Below, in pieces: positions 19,086-28,109 of a stretch of 57,007 bases of DNA. The stretch spans positions 1 through 57,007 of the forward strand of contig JAYSWN010000144.1 of NCBI GenBank assembly GCA_043718025.1. The letters run 5' to 3'. Position numbers and translations under genes: made by a program. Under the pieces are notes generated by a model. That model did no database searches. It saw only the letters and a program-made list of their open reading frames with translations, and was not told where the DNA came from. The DNA is from Pseudomonadota bacterium (GTDB taxonomy: Bacteria > Bdellovibrionota > FAC87 > UBA2466). Every line of letters begins with the position of its first letter. Positions within the stretch are counted from its first letter, which is position 1.

Positions 19086-19819
19086 TCAGTCTTTTGCTGC
19101 TTGGTCAATTTATCAAATTGGCAATTTGGCCGAATGAGGATCGTGGGCACGCTGCGGATTGGGGTGAGGGTGCCCCAGTGATCTCGTGAGGCTTCGTTGA
19201 TTCTTTTCTTTAAGGCTTTTAAAAACTCGGGCGAAGCTTGAAACGGCTCGCTCAACGTGGTTTCGCCCTTGGCATTTTTTTTTGCCGACACCCAAACTTC
19301 GTCGCCACTCACCCGAATTTTGTAATCGAAACCAGGCATCGAAAAAAACGGCACCGCTTCGGCCAATTCCGTCATCGATGGCGTGGGGTTGCGATACACT
19401 AGGCTCAGAAACCGAAACAAATTGTGTTCGGTCATTTCTGCATCAATCACTTCCGAATGGCCAAAGGCTGAGAAGAATACGGCTTGAAGGGCTTGCCCAG
19501 CTCCTCGCCACTTTGGATCGACGCGAGAGCTAATGCCTCGCCAGTTTTCTACGTGAACCCCCGACGAATCACGAGTGAATGAAAGAAGACCCTGGTCCGG
19601 ATTTTTGAAAGGGGTAACGACCACTAATCTTTCCAGGCCGAGCGGGGGGCGCTCGTGGCGAATCACAAATTGGTTCTCTCCTACTAAAACCATCCACTGC
19701 TCGCCTGCATGTTGGTCTATGACAATCGGTTCAGATCGCAAGCCTATCGCTAAGCTGAGCGCAAATAAGCAGAGGGCTTTGCGAATTAGTTTAGGACTCA
19801 AGCGTCTAGAATAGCGCAT
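19082..19819 (-). CDS. Secreted hypothetical protein, possibly GNAT-like
   Basis: Signal-peptide-like N-terminus; RVDPKWRGAG resembles GNAT motif A; single C-terminal Cys. Confidence 0.55.
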   Translation of the reverse strand: MRYSRRLSPKLIRKALCLFALSLAIGLRSEPIVIDQHAGEQWMVLVGENQFVIRHERPPLGLERLVVVTPFKNPDQGLLSFTRDSSGVHVENWRGISSRVDPKWRGAGQALQAVFFSAFGHSEVIDAEMTEHNLFRFLSLVYRNPTPSMTELAEAVPFFSMPGFDYKIRVSGDEVWVSAKKNAKGETTLSEPFQASPEFLKALKKRINEASRDHWGTLTPIRSVPTILIRPNCQFDKLTKQQKTD

Positions 19820-19851
19820 TCCAAGCGTATAGGAAAAGGCTGGGGGTGAGT

Positions 19852-20067
19852 TTACTTATCGCCTTCTAAGTCTAGGCACTGCTCGACTCCAGGCGCGGCG
19901 GGCGTTTTGCAATGGGGGCAAGGGGCGGCGATAACGCGGGCCAAGCCGGTCCATAGGCAGTAGAGGTTCAGATTGGTGTTGCGTACCACCACGGCAATGG
20001 TCACGGCCAACATGATGACCATCAAAATGTACTCTAAGATGGCCTGACCAGACTGGCGTTTGCGCAT
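19852..20067 (-). CDS. Flp/Tad-type pilin-like protein
   Basis: Class III signal peptide RKRQSG|QAILEY followed by a hydrophobic helix. Confidence 0.75.
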   Translation of the reverse strand: MRKRQSGQAILEYILMVIMLAVTIAVVVRNTNLNLYCLWTGLARVIAAPCPHCKTPAAPGVEQCLDLEGDK

Positions 20068-20095
20068 GATTTCATTTTAGCAAATTAACCCGCAG

Positions 20096-20776
20096 CTAGG
20101 GGAACGGCGGTAGCGACGTGGCAAAATTGATGGCGGCGTGTCCCAAAATACTGTGCAAGACGTTGCCGCTGCGCCAGCGCAACAAGCCAAACCACAGGCC
20201 CGCTAAAAAGGTGTAGCCCAGTTGAAACACTACGAAGCCGTTTGGGTAGGTGCCCCAGTTTTGAAGGTGCCACAGCGAAAAGGCTAGCGCCGAAAACCAG
20301 CCGGCCACCGGAAACGGGTTGGTGGTGGTTGCCATTTTGCCGTCGTAGCGCTGATTTAAAATGGAGTAGAACCAGCCACGAAAAAGTAGCTCTTCGCCCA
20401 CCGGGGCCAAGGCTAAGTGCCATAGTTTTTCGGCGGTAGCACCACCAAACACCAGTGACGGGCCGGGCCTAAAGAGCCAGCCGTACATAAGGGCTAGGGT
20501 GACCGGAATGAAGTAGGTGAGCCAAAGGTTTACCGGGGGGGCCGCCAGTTCGTAGGTCTCGCTCTGTCCCTTTTTAGATCCAAATGTCGTCACCCAAAAA
20601 AGCAGCGTTAAGATGCCAAACCCCCAATGCGCGGGCACGAACCAAATGCCGGCCTTGGGAAATTGCATCGCCAGCAGGCGGCCCACAACCTGTGATCCGC
20701 TCAAAAAACAGAGAATCAGCATTACCGACGTAAAAAGAGAGATTACCCAAACTTCTCGCCACTGCCGTGAGTTCAT
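20096..20776 (-). CDS. CPBP family intramembrane glutamic endopeptidase
   Basis: EELLFRG, FSLWH and HAAIN motifs; start placed at ATG 20776 because the upstream ATG lies inside a palindrome. Confidence 0.9.
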   Translation of the reverse strand: MNSRQWREVWVISLFTSVMLILCFLSGSQVVGRLLAMQFPKAGIWFVPAHWGFGILTLLFWVTTFGSKKGQSETYELAAPPVNLWLTYFIPVTLALMYGWLFRPGPSLVFGGATAEKLWHLALAPVGEELLFRGWFYSILNQRYDGKMATTTNPFPVAGWFSALAFSLWHLQNWGTYPNGFVVFQLGYTFLAGLWFGLLRWRSGNVLHSILGHAAINFATSLPPFP

Positions 20777-20800
20777 AAGGAAAAGGTAACCCATCCCCCC

Positions 20801-20888
20801 AAAGGTGCCCATCTACTTTTCAGCTGTAAAGGTACCGGGCTAGGTTGCACCCGGCACTTTTCCAGCTGAAAAGTAGATGGGCACCTTT
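20801..20888. repeat. 88-bp intergenic palindrome (REP-like)
   Basis: AAAGGTGCCCATCTACTTTTCAGCTG and CAGCTGAAAAGTAGATGGGCACCTTT form perfect 26-bp arms, with a further imperfect inner stem. Confidence 0.9.
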
Positions 20889-20919
20889 TAAGGAGCTATA
20901 GTGGGGTCGAGAATTTTTT

Positions 20920-21897
20920 ATGGAAAAACCCCGAAATATCATTGTGCGGGCGCCCAATTTTTTGGGTGATCATGTGATGGCCTTGCCGTTCTACGCACGG
21001 CTTCGGGCGCACTACCCAACGAGCCGCATCACTTTACTGGGGCCGGGGTTTAGCGACGCTTACGTTGATCCGGCTTTAAATTTTTCGTACCGGCCCCTGC
21101 TTGGTGTCGATGGCCATCGCCTTCGATCGGGGGCTTTGGCGGCCGCATTCAAAGAAGACGGTTACGACCTTTCGGTGAGCCTGGTGGCCTCTTTTTCGTC
21201 GGCCTTTTTATTTTGGCGGGCCGGCATTGGCCACCGCATCGGCTTTGCCGAAACTCTTGCCATGCCGCTGCTAACTCACCCCACAAGGTGGAAAGGGCGG
21301 GCGGCGGGTTTACACAAGACCGACCTCTATTTATCGTTGCTCTCGGAAGCGAGCGTGCCCACCGCTCGCGAGAAAACAGAGCCGCGGCCTACTACGGCCA
21401 ATCGTCGGATTGTGATCGCCCCGGGCGCGTCACTCCCCCTAAGAGAGTGGCCTTTTTTCGTCGAGCTGATTGGCTGGCTGAGAACTCGCTTCCCCGAGTT
21501 TGTGATTACGATTGTGGGCGGCCAAAACGAAGCGGTTTGGCACAAACGCCTCGAACGCCTGGCGGACTCGCAGGTAGAAGACCTGATCGAAAAAACCGAC
21601 CTGTCCGCACTGGTCGGGGTTTTTTCTTCGGCGGCTTTAGTCATTAGCAATGACTCGGGCCCCGCCCACGTGGCCGCCAGTGTGGCAAACGTGCCCACCT
21701 TGGTGATTTTTGGCCCGGGCGACCCTCAGTATGTGGCCCCGCTTACCGAAAACACTCAAGTAGTTAGGCGTGCCGATCTGGCGTGCAGCCCGTGCGAGAG
21801 CGCAATTTGCCGCGCCGTTGAAAAAAAGGCGTGTCTGAATGGCCTGGGGGTAGACGCCGTAATCGGCGCCATTGAAAAAATGGCGATCTTCCATTGA
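20920..21897 (+). CDS. GT9 ADP-heptose:LPS heptosyltransferase (WaaF-like)
   Basis: PNFLGDHVM, PGAS, SNDSGPAH, IFGP, CSPC. Confidence 0.9.
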   Translation: MEKPRNIIVRAPNFLGDHVMALPFYARLRAHYPTSRITLLGPGFSDAYVDPALNFSYRPLLGVDGHRLRSGALAAAFKEDGYDLSVSLVASFSSAFLFWRAGIGHRIGFAETLAMPLLTHPTRWKGRAAGLHKTDLYLSLLSEASVPTAREKTEPRPTTANRRIVIAPGASLPLREWPFFVELIGWLRTRFPEFVITIVGGQNEAVWHKRLERLADSQVEDLIEKTDLSALVGVFSSAALVISNDSGPAHVAASVANVPTLVIFGPGDPQYVAPLTENTQVVRRADLACSPCESAICRAVEKKACLNGLGVDAVIGAIEKMAIFH

Positions 21898-21951
21898 CCT
21901 AATCGGCTTCGGCGGCAAAAATCGGGTCATTCTTTTTTAAGGAGATCCTTC

Positions 21952-22635
21952 GTGAAGCTATTGGCGCTATTAATTTCTTTTTGGCTGGGTGTGGCGATTG
22001 CAGACAATGAGGCCACCGCGGCAAAAGAAGTGCCGGCGGCAAAAACCGCCGAAGGCGAATCGGCAGTAAAACCGGCCGAGGCAGAAACCGCATTTACCGG
22101 CGAAGCGCTTAAGATCAAGAGTAAGATGGTCGCGCTTTTTGATGACTCGAGCAAAGTGAACAGCCCCACTAAAAACCAGGCGCGAAAAAGGCTTGAGGGT
22201 TCGCTCGATTGGGATCGAATCGCAAAATCGTGTTTAGGCGCGGCCGAGTGGAACAAGCAAAGTAGTAAGAACCGTGCCGATTTTACGAATCTGTTAAAAG
22301 ACGTTGTGGTGCACACCGCTTACACCCGCATGGATACCTTTTGGGACAACACTACTTACAAGTTCAATAAAATCGAACTGAAAGGCAACGATGCGCACGT
22401 GGTTTCGCGTTTCACCGCCAAAGGCGAAGTGGTCACGCTAGATTACTTTCTTACCAAGAAAGGCGCCGATTGGCTGGTGTACGACATTTCGTACGAAGAC
22501 AACCGATACAGTACGAATATTAACGAACAACTTACCGCCTTTTTACGTGAGAAGTCGTTTCCGCAGCTCATTACGAGTCTCAAAAAACGGCGCGATGACT
22601 TGGCCAGCGGTAAAGTTAAGGTAAAAAAAGGGTAA
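21952..22635 (+). CDS. mlaC: MlaC/Ttg2D family phospholipid-binding periplasmic protein
   Basis: Signal peptide, LG..W...S....F..LL, LDY.L....WLVYDI. Confidence 0.8.
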   Translation: MKLLALLISFWLGVAIADNEATAAKEVPAAKTAEGESAVKPAEAETAFTGEALKIKSKMVALFDDSSKVNSPTKNQARKRLEGSLDWDRIAKSCLGAAEWNKQSSKNRADFTNLLKDVVVHTAYTRMDTFWDNTTYKFNKIELKGNDAHVVSRFTAKGEVVTLDYFLTKKGADWLVYDISYEDNRYSTNINEQLTAFLREKSFPQLITSLKKRRDDLASGKVKVKKG

Positions 22636-22637
22636 AT

Positions 22638-22660
22638 AGCCCACTTTCCAGTGGGCTTTG
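22638..22660. terminator. Hairpin terminator between convergent genes
   Basis: AGCCCACT-TTCC-AGTGGGCT-TTG. Confidence 0.65.
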
Positions 22661-22679
22661 CACAATCGAAAACGATCGT

Positions 22680-23027
22680 TTAGCGCTGTGCTTTAGCTTT
22701 GAACGATTGCAAAATTCCGGCGTTGTCGAAGTTGGCCACCACGTCGTCGCCCTGGTCGATGTGGGCACGATCTTTTGCGTCACCCAGCCACTTGGTGCCC
22801 TTTTTCAAATAGAAACGGCAGGTCTCTTCACCTGAGTTTTCATCGGGTTTGCACCATTGGGCATTGCCATAATTTTCAACAAATTCGGACTTAGTGGCTT
22901 TACCTACCGCCGGTGTCCATTTGGCTTCGAGCTCTTTCAAAGCATCACTGCTGGACGATTTTTTACCCGAACAGCCGGTGAGCATCACAAAACTTAATAC
23001 CGCAGTTATAAGAGCTAACGTTTTCAT
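22680..23027 (-). CDS. Lipoprotein (BamE/SmpA-like size)
   Basis: Lipobox LTGC, SD GGAG upstream of ATG 23027. Confidence 0.75.
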   Translation of the reverse strand: MKTLALITAVLSFVMLTGCSGKKSSSSDALKELEAKWTPAVGKATKSEFVENYGNAQWCKPDENSGEETCRFYLKKGTKWLGDAKDRAHIDQGDDVVANFDNAGILQSFKAKAQR

Positions 23028-23046
23028 TTTTTTTCTCCTTAAAAAT

Positions 23047-24372
23047 TTATCCCAATGCCGAAAGGGCTTCGAGCTCTTCACGCTCTTTCGGCACTCCCGA
23101 TGTCAAAATGGTTGGCCCCTTGTTCGTTACCACAACGTCATCTTCAATGCGCACGCCTAGGCCGCGAAAACGCGACGCTACGTCGGGACTAAAATACAAT
23201 CCAGGTTCCACGGTTAGCACCATTCCGGCCGCGAGCGGCCGGCTCTTAAGCTCGCTGCCCAGGTGATAGCGGCCTGCATCGTGAACGTCCATGCCTAGCC
23301 AATGCGAAGCGCCGTGAGGGTAGTACGGGCGGTAAGCTTTTTTCGCGATCAGCGTCTTTAGCGGCCCTTTCAACACTTTTAGTTTACGCAGCCCTTCGGT
23401 CAACACCTCGATAACGGTGTTATTGATCTCTTCAAATTTCTTACCGGGACGAATCATTTTGATCGCCTCTTTTTGGGCGGCAAGCACAACGTCGTAAACT
23501 TCGGCCTGCTCCCTGGTAAAGGTTCCGCTTACCGGAAACGTGCGGGTGATATCGGCGGTGTAGTAATCAAACTCGGCGCCGGCATCGATCAGCAGCAGAT
23601 CGTTGGCCTCGATACGTCGGTTGTTAGTAACGTAGTGAAGGGTGCAGGCATTGGGGCCCGAAGCCACGATAGAGTCATAGCCAACTCGCGTGGCCCCGCG
23701 CGCTTTAAACGTGTGCTCAAGCACGGCTTGCACTTGGTACTCGTACATTCCGGGCTTGGCGGCGCGAATGGCGTTGACGTGGGCCTCGGCAGAAATAGTT
23801 GCCGCCATTTGCAGGCGACTTAACTCGGCGCGGGTTTTTACGACCCGCGTATCTCCCAACAGCTCATGTGGGTCGTGAATTGGCCAGAGCCAACGCCCGC
23901 CTTTCCAGTGCTTGCGTTTTGATTTTTCGAGCAATGAAAAAATTTTGCGATCGCGATCAAAATTGCGGCCCACGCGGTAGAAAAGTTTATCGGCATGCGG
24001 GAGAGCTTCGAGCAGGGCCTGTTCCCAATGCGATTCGGGTTCAGAAGCAAACGCGGCATCGGCTTTTAATTCACTCTTTGCGGCCTGCGGGCCAAGACGA
24101 AAACCATCCCAGATTTCACGCTCTTTATCTTTTGGTTGAACAAAAATCTGATACTTGGCTTTCGATTTGGCGGAAAACAGGGCAAAGCTGCGCGGTTCGG
24201 CAAAACCCGTGAGGTAGAAAAAATCAGACTCCTGGCGAAACGGAAAGTCGACGTCGTCGTTGCGCATCTGGACGTCGGCGGCCGGTAGCAGGGCAATGCC
24301 GTCTCCCAGCTTCTTGTAGAAACTGGCGCGACGCGCCGTGAAATCGATCTCGGGTAGCTCTTTTTCAAACAT
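23047..24372 (-). CDS. pepP: Xaa-Pro aminopeptidase
   Basis: FRQESDFFYLTG, LIDAG, DITRT, HWLGMDVHD, TVEPGLY, GVRIEDDV; start ATG 24372. Confidence 0.95.
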   Translation of the reverse strand: MFEKELPEIDFTARRASFYKKLGDGIALLPAADVQMRNDDVDFPFRQESDFFYLTGFAEPRSFALFSAKSKAKYQIFVQPKDKEREIWDGFRLGPQAAKSELKADAAFASEPESHWEQALLEALPHADKLFYRVGRNFDRDRKIFSLLEKSKRKHWKGGRWLWPIHDPHELLGDTRVVKTRAELSRLQMAATISAEAHVNAIRAAKPGMYEYQVQAVLEHTFKARGATRVGYDSIVASGPNACTLHYVTNNRRIEANDLLLIDAGAEFDYYTADITRTFPVSGTFTREQAEVYDVVLAAQKEAIKMIRPGKKFEEINNTVIEVLTEGLRKLKVLKGPLKTLIAKKAYRPYYPHGASHWLGMDVHDAGRYHLGSELKSRPLAAGMVLTVEPGLYFSPDVASRFRGLGVRIEDDVVVTNKGPTILTSGVPKEREELEALSALG

Positions 24373-24386
24373 GATGGAGGAGTACT

Positions 24387-25475
24387 CTATTTTGTGGGCA
24401 TGGTCTTGCCAAGTCGTTCGAAGGCAAGCCGCACAAGCTGAGCCACCAGCTCGCGGTAGCTCACGCCCGAGGCTTCCCACATTTTTGGGTACATGCTGAT
24501 GGGGGTGAAGCCGGGAATGGTGTTGGCCTCGTTCAAAAAGATTTTTCCCGTCGTTTTTTCAAGGAACATGTCAACGCGGGCCAGGCCGTCGCATTCGAAG
24601 AGGTCAAAAGTGGCCAGCGCCACCCTTTGCACTTCAGCTTGCGTCTTGGCGTCCAGCGGGGCGGGGGTGAGCGTTTCGGCGCCGTCTTTGAGCAAATATT
24701 TGGCTTCGTAGGAGTACCAGCCGATCTTTGGGGCAACGACGATCTCACCGGGTACGCTGGCTTTGGCCCGGTGGCAGAGGCCCAAAACTCCACATTCAAT
24801 CTCGCGCCCTTCGATGCCTTGCTCGACCAGCACTTTTTTGTCGTTCTGAAAGGCCAGTTCCACCGCTGCTTCGTAGCCCGCCATGCCTACCACTCTTGAA
24901 ACCCCAACCGATGAGCCGGCTCGGGCGGGCTTTACAAAAACCGTTTTCCCCAATTTTTCTACTTCGGCCCGTTTCTTTTTGGCCTCGGCGCGAGATCGCA
25001 GCACAACAAAATCAGAGACCGGAATTTGATTTTGGAGGCAAAGCGTTTTGGCCAGCTCTTTATCCATGGCGATCCACGAACTGCCGCACGTGCTGCCAAC
25101 GTAAGGAATGCCAACCACATCCCACAAACCCTGCATGGTGCCGTCTTCACCGAATGCCCCATGAAGAATGGGGAACACGGCGTCAAACTCAATCGCTTTG
25201 CCGTTGGCCATTAAAAGGCCGCGGCCAGTTGGGGTGAGGTAAGGGGCCAGCGTGACCGGAGTGCCCGCTTCATTTAAGTGAATGCGATCGGCGCGAAGCT
25301 CGCCGAGGAAAAAACTTTTTTCGTCTTCAAGGTGCCACACCCCTTTTTTAGAGATGCCGACGACGATAGGTGAGATCAACTCACGATCTAAAGCGTCCAA
25401 AATTCCTTTGGCCGAGATCAAAGAAATTTCATGTTCCGACGAACGGCCACCGCACAACACTAATAGTCTGGTCAT
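24387..25475 (-). CDS. ddl: D-alanine--D-alanine ligase
   Basis: GGRSSEHEISL, LHGAFGEDG, KP...GSSVG, NEANTIPGFT..SMYP. Confidence 0.97.
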   Translation of the reverse strand: MTRLLVLCGGRSSEHEISLISAKGILDALDRELISPIVVGISKKGVWHLEDEKSFFLGELRADRIHLNEAGTPVTLAPYLTPTGRGLLMANGKAIEFDAVFPILHGAFGEDGTMQGLWDVVGIPYVGSTCGSSWIAMDKELAKTLCLQNQIPVSDFVVLRSRAEAKKKRAEVEKLGKTVFVKPARAGSSVGVSRVVGMAGYEAAVELAFQNDKKVLVEQGIEGREIECGVLGLCHRAKASVPGEIVVAPKIGWYSYEAKYLLKDGAETLTPAPLDAKTQAEVQRVALATFDLFECDGLARVDMFLEKTTGKIFLNEANTIPGFTPISMYPKMWEASGVSYRELVAQLVRLAFERLGKTMPTK

Positions 25476-25488
25476 GGGGGAAAGAATA

Positions 25489-26541
25489 TCAGACCGCTCG
25501 GATCAAGACGAGCGAGTCGGCGGTACGGTTGCGGGCTTGGGCTAGGCGGACATGACGCTCGAGGTCTTCAATTACTACCGCGCCCACGTTGATGCCATAG
25601 AGTTCATTGATGTTGTTGATGCCGCCGGGGCAGAAGACATTAATTTCGAGCAGCTTGTCGCCGACGATATCGGCGCCAACAAAATACAGCCCATCAGAAA
25701 CCAACCGCGATTTAATCACTTCAACGATCCGCGCTTCGGTTTTGGTGTACTCAACCCGTTTGCGGGTGCCGCCAATGTGCATGTTGCTGCGTACGTCGCC
25801 CTGCGGGGACATGCGCCGGTAAATCGCAGCCTGTTTTCCGTCAAAAATGGGTTGGCCGTTTAACAACAAGAGACGTTTGTCCCCTTTTTTGACCGCCGGT
25901 AAATATTCTTGCGCCATGATGTAGCCGTTTTTGCTCACCGCGCTGATGATCTGGTTGATGTTGAGTTCTTTCTTTGCGTCTTTGATGAAGAAAACATCTT
26001 GTCCGCCGTAGCCAGAAAGCGGTTTGATGATGGCGGGCTTTTTAAGCTCGTGCAAAAACTGTTTTACCTTAATGGGGCTGCGGGTGATGAGCGTACGGGC
26101 GCGAATCTCCGGAGGAAAATTGGTGAGGTAGAGTTTGCTGGCGGCTTTGGAGAGCCCGCCGGGATCGTTCATCACCAAAACCCCGTGCGATTTAAGCATA
26201 CGACCAAACTCGATAATGGGGCTTTTCCCCTTATCGCGCTCAATGTCTGATTCGTTGGGGTTGTGGCGCAGAAAAACGACGTCAAAGTCGCTAAGGCAAA
26301 CCTCTTCGCGGCGGGCCTGTTCACCCTTTAACGCGGCTAAAAAGGCTTCGCGGCTATCGAGTTGGCCCGGTCCGGCAGAAACCACGGTGGCCCGCACGCG
26401 GTCGTCGTCGCGGTAACTTAAACTATTGATAGTAGTGTAAAAAACCTTGTGGCCGCGGCGGTAGGCCTCGAAGGCTAAATGCGTAGTGGTGTACGTGACC
26501 ACTTGGCTATAGGGGGACCTGACGACAAAGCAAATCTTCAT
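25489..26541 (-). CDS. gshB: Glutathione synthetase (prokaryotic ATP-grasp)
   Basis: IIKPL.GYGG, QEYLP..KKGDKR, RSNMHIGG, LLEINVFCPGG; start ATG 26541. Confidence 0.85.
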   Translation of the reverse strand: MKICFVVRSPYSQVVTYTTTHLAFEAYRRGHKVFYTTINSLSYRDDDRVRATVVSAGPGQLDSREAFLAALKGEQARREEVCLSDFDVVFLRHNPNESDIERDKGKSPIIEFGRMLKSHGVLVMNDPGGLSKAASKLYLTNFPPEIRARTLITRSPIKVKQFLHELKKPAIIKPLSGYGGQDVFFIKDAKKELNINQIISAVSKNGYIMAQEYLPAVKKGDKRLLLLNGQPIFDGKQAAIYRRMSPQGDVRSNMHIGGTRKRVEYTKTEARIVEVIKSRLVSDGLYFVGADIVGDKLLEINVFCPGGINNINELYGINVGAVVIEDLERHVRLAQARNRTADSLVLIRAV

Positions 26542-26659
26542 ATGATTTCTATAAGACCTATGCCTTTGACTCTGCTCGAAATCGCGGATTTCGTAAAGGG
26601 GACGTGCTGCGCCGCGATGTGCCGAAGGCTTTGAAAATCCCACCGAACTTAGCCACCGG

Positions 26660-27856
26660 CTAGTAGGGTCGGCTTTTCACAATTCCATTCAATATGCGCC
26701 GTGTCTTATCATCAATTTCGATGAACTCAATGCCGAACGCGTGATTGAGCGTGGCGGCGACCCGGGCTTTGGGCACTTCTAGCGCGCGATCGCGTGAGCA
26801 GTGGATCTTAAGCGAGATCTCCTGCCCCACCGTCGGCCGCACTTTAAATTTATCGGGTGGATAGGCCAGCATCACCCCGTTCACGCTGATGTTGACGGTG
26901 TGGGTGGCAATTTCGTCGAAGCCATTGGCAAATTTAAAGTCCACCGGCAGTTTGGCGCGGGCCCGGCGGTGACGTCGTTTATTGACGGCACCTTTTGAAA
27001 TCTCTACGCCGTTGGGCGCGGGGAAGTGCATCGAAAATTTGGTGGCTCCGTTTTCACTGCTTGCCTCGAATCGCCCACCGTGGGCTTCGAGCAACATTTT
27101 GCAAACCGCCAATTCGGTGTCGTTGAGATTGAGCGGCTGGGGGTTGAGCGTTTCGGTGTGAACAATTTCAACTTCATTTTGGTGTTGGTTGAGCTGCACG
27201 GTAACCGTGCCGCCGGGTTGAATATTTTTGCCGGCGCGAACCAGTAGCGTGCACACCACGTGATGAACGGCATTGGGATCCACTTCGGCCATGCAACTTT
27301 TATCGACGACAAGTGACGGCATGGTCTGGCGATGGGTAAGGTATTTTTGATTCAGCATGTAGGTGTCCATCAACAGCTGAGCCACATCAGACTTGGTGGG
27401 GAACAACCGTTCACCAGAAAGCAATCCTTGAATGAAAGTTAAGTTACGCGAGAGCGTTAGCGCGAAATCGGTGGCCATGGTGACCGAGGCTGAGGCTTCC
27501 AGCGCGGTTTCTGCATTTCCACTGTGCGCCCCGTAATCGATAACGCCGGTGACGATGCCTAAAACTTTTCCCAGTTCATCGGAGAGGTCACGGCAAAATG
27601 CGGAGAGCACGGGAAATTGAACGGGCGACGGAAAGTTGGTGTTGGCAATTGGCGTGGCGATCTGGAGCTCGGGCTTTGCCGCGGCTGGCGTGGCTAAGGC
27701 GGCCGGCGTTGAAACTGACGATAGGATTGGGGCCGGAGTGGGGGGGGAGTTTAAAGCTGCCGCAACGGCGTTGGCGACGCTTCCCACCCGACCGGCCGGA
27801 ACAACGGGCTCGGGCGTGGCGCCCGGCGCTTTGGGTCTAATTGCCTTCATTGCCAT
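26660..27856 (-). CDS. Degenerate histidine-kinase-like domain fused to PilZ
   Basis: Pro/Ala-rich N-terminus; HisKA/HATPase remnants (LLEAHGGRFEASS..GATKF) without His or G boxes; KRRHRR and NISVNG PilZ motifs. Confidence 0.7.
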   Translation of the reverse strand: MAMKAIRPKAPGATPEPVVPAGRVGSVANAVAAALNSPPTPAPILSSVSTPAALATPAAAKPELQIATPIANTNFPSPVQFPVLSAFCRDLSDELGKVLGIVTGVIDYGAHSGNAETALEASASVTMATDFALTLSRNLTFIQGLLSGERLFPTKSDVAQLLMDTYMLNQKYLTHRQTMPSLVVDKSCMAEVDPNAVHHVVCTLLVRAGKNIQPGGTVTVQLNQHQNEVEIVHTETLNPQPLNLNDTELAVCKMLLEAHGGRFEASSENGATKFSMHFPAPNGVEISKGAVNKRRHRRARAKLPVDFKFANGFDEIATHTVNISVNGVMLAYPPDKFKVRPTVGQEISLKIHCSRDRALEVPKARVAATLNHAFGIEFIEIDDKTRRILNGIVKSRPY

Positions 27857-27874
27857 AAGATTCCTCTGACTGGC

Positions 27875-27902
27875 TTATCGGCAACTTAGGCCCAAGTGTT
27901 GA
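27875..27902 (-). promoter_or_regulatory. Putative sigma-28 promoter
   Basis: Minus strand TCAA-N16-GCCGATAA directly upstream of the PilZ fusion gene. Confidence 0.55.
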
Positions 27903-28109
27903 GCCGCGATGCCCGCGCGCTTTGCTTTGGCCCGCCCTTTCGAGGGGTTAGGCAATTGTGCTCGAAGTCACATATTTACTACAAAGTCAGCGCGCATAAT
28001 CAGAGCATCCCCGGACATTTCCTTTGGGGGGCGCAGTACGTAAGCGGATGGGTGGTCGGCTCTTGGCGATTCTAAAATGGTCATGGGCCGTGAGGTACGT
28101 GGGTTGCTA

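Noticed and set aside
2830..25475. ddl and ftsQ as a dcw cluster split by a 21-kb insertion
   Set aside because: The 362-aa Ddl looks like the long stand-alone type, the intervening genes are housekeeping, and no boundary repeats were seen
23047..26643. Extended N-termini of pepP and gshB in the ORF track
   Set aside because: The pepP extension overlaps ddl and neither extension looks homologous; downstream ATGs at 24372 and 26541 fit the families
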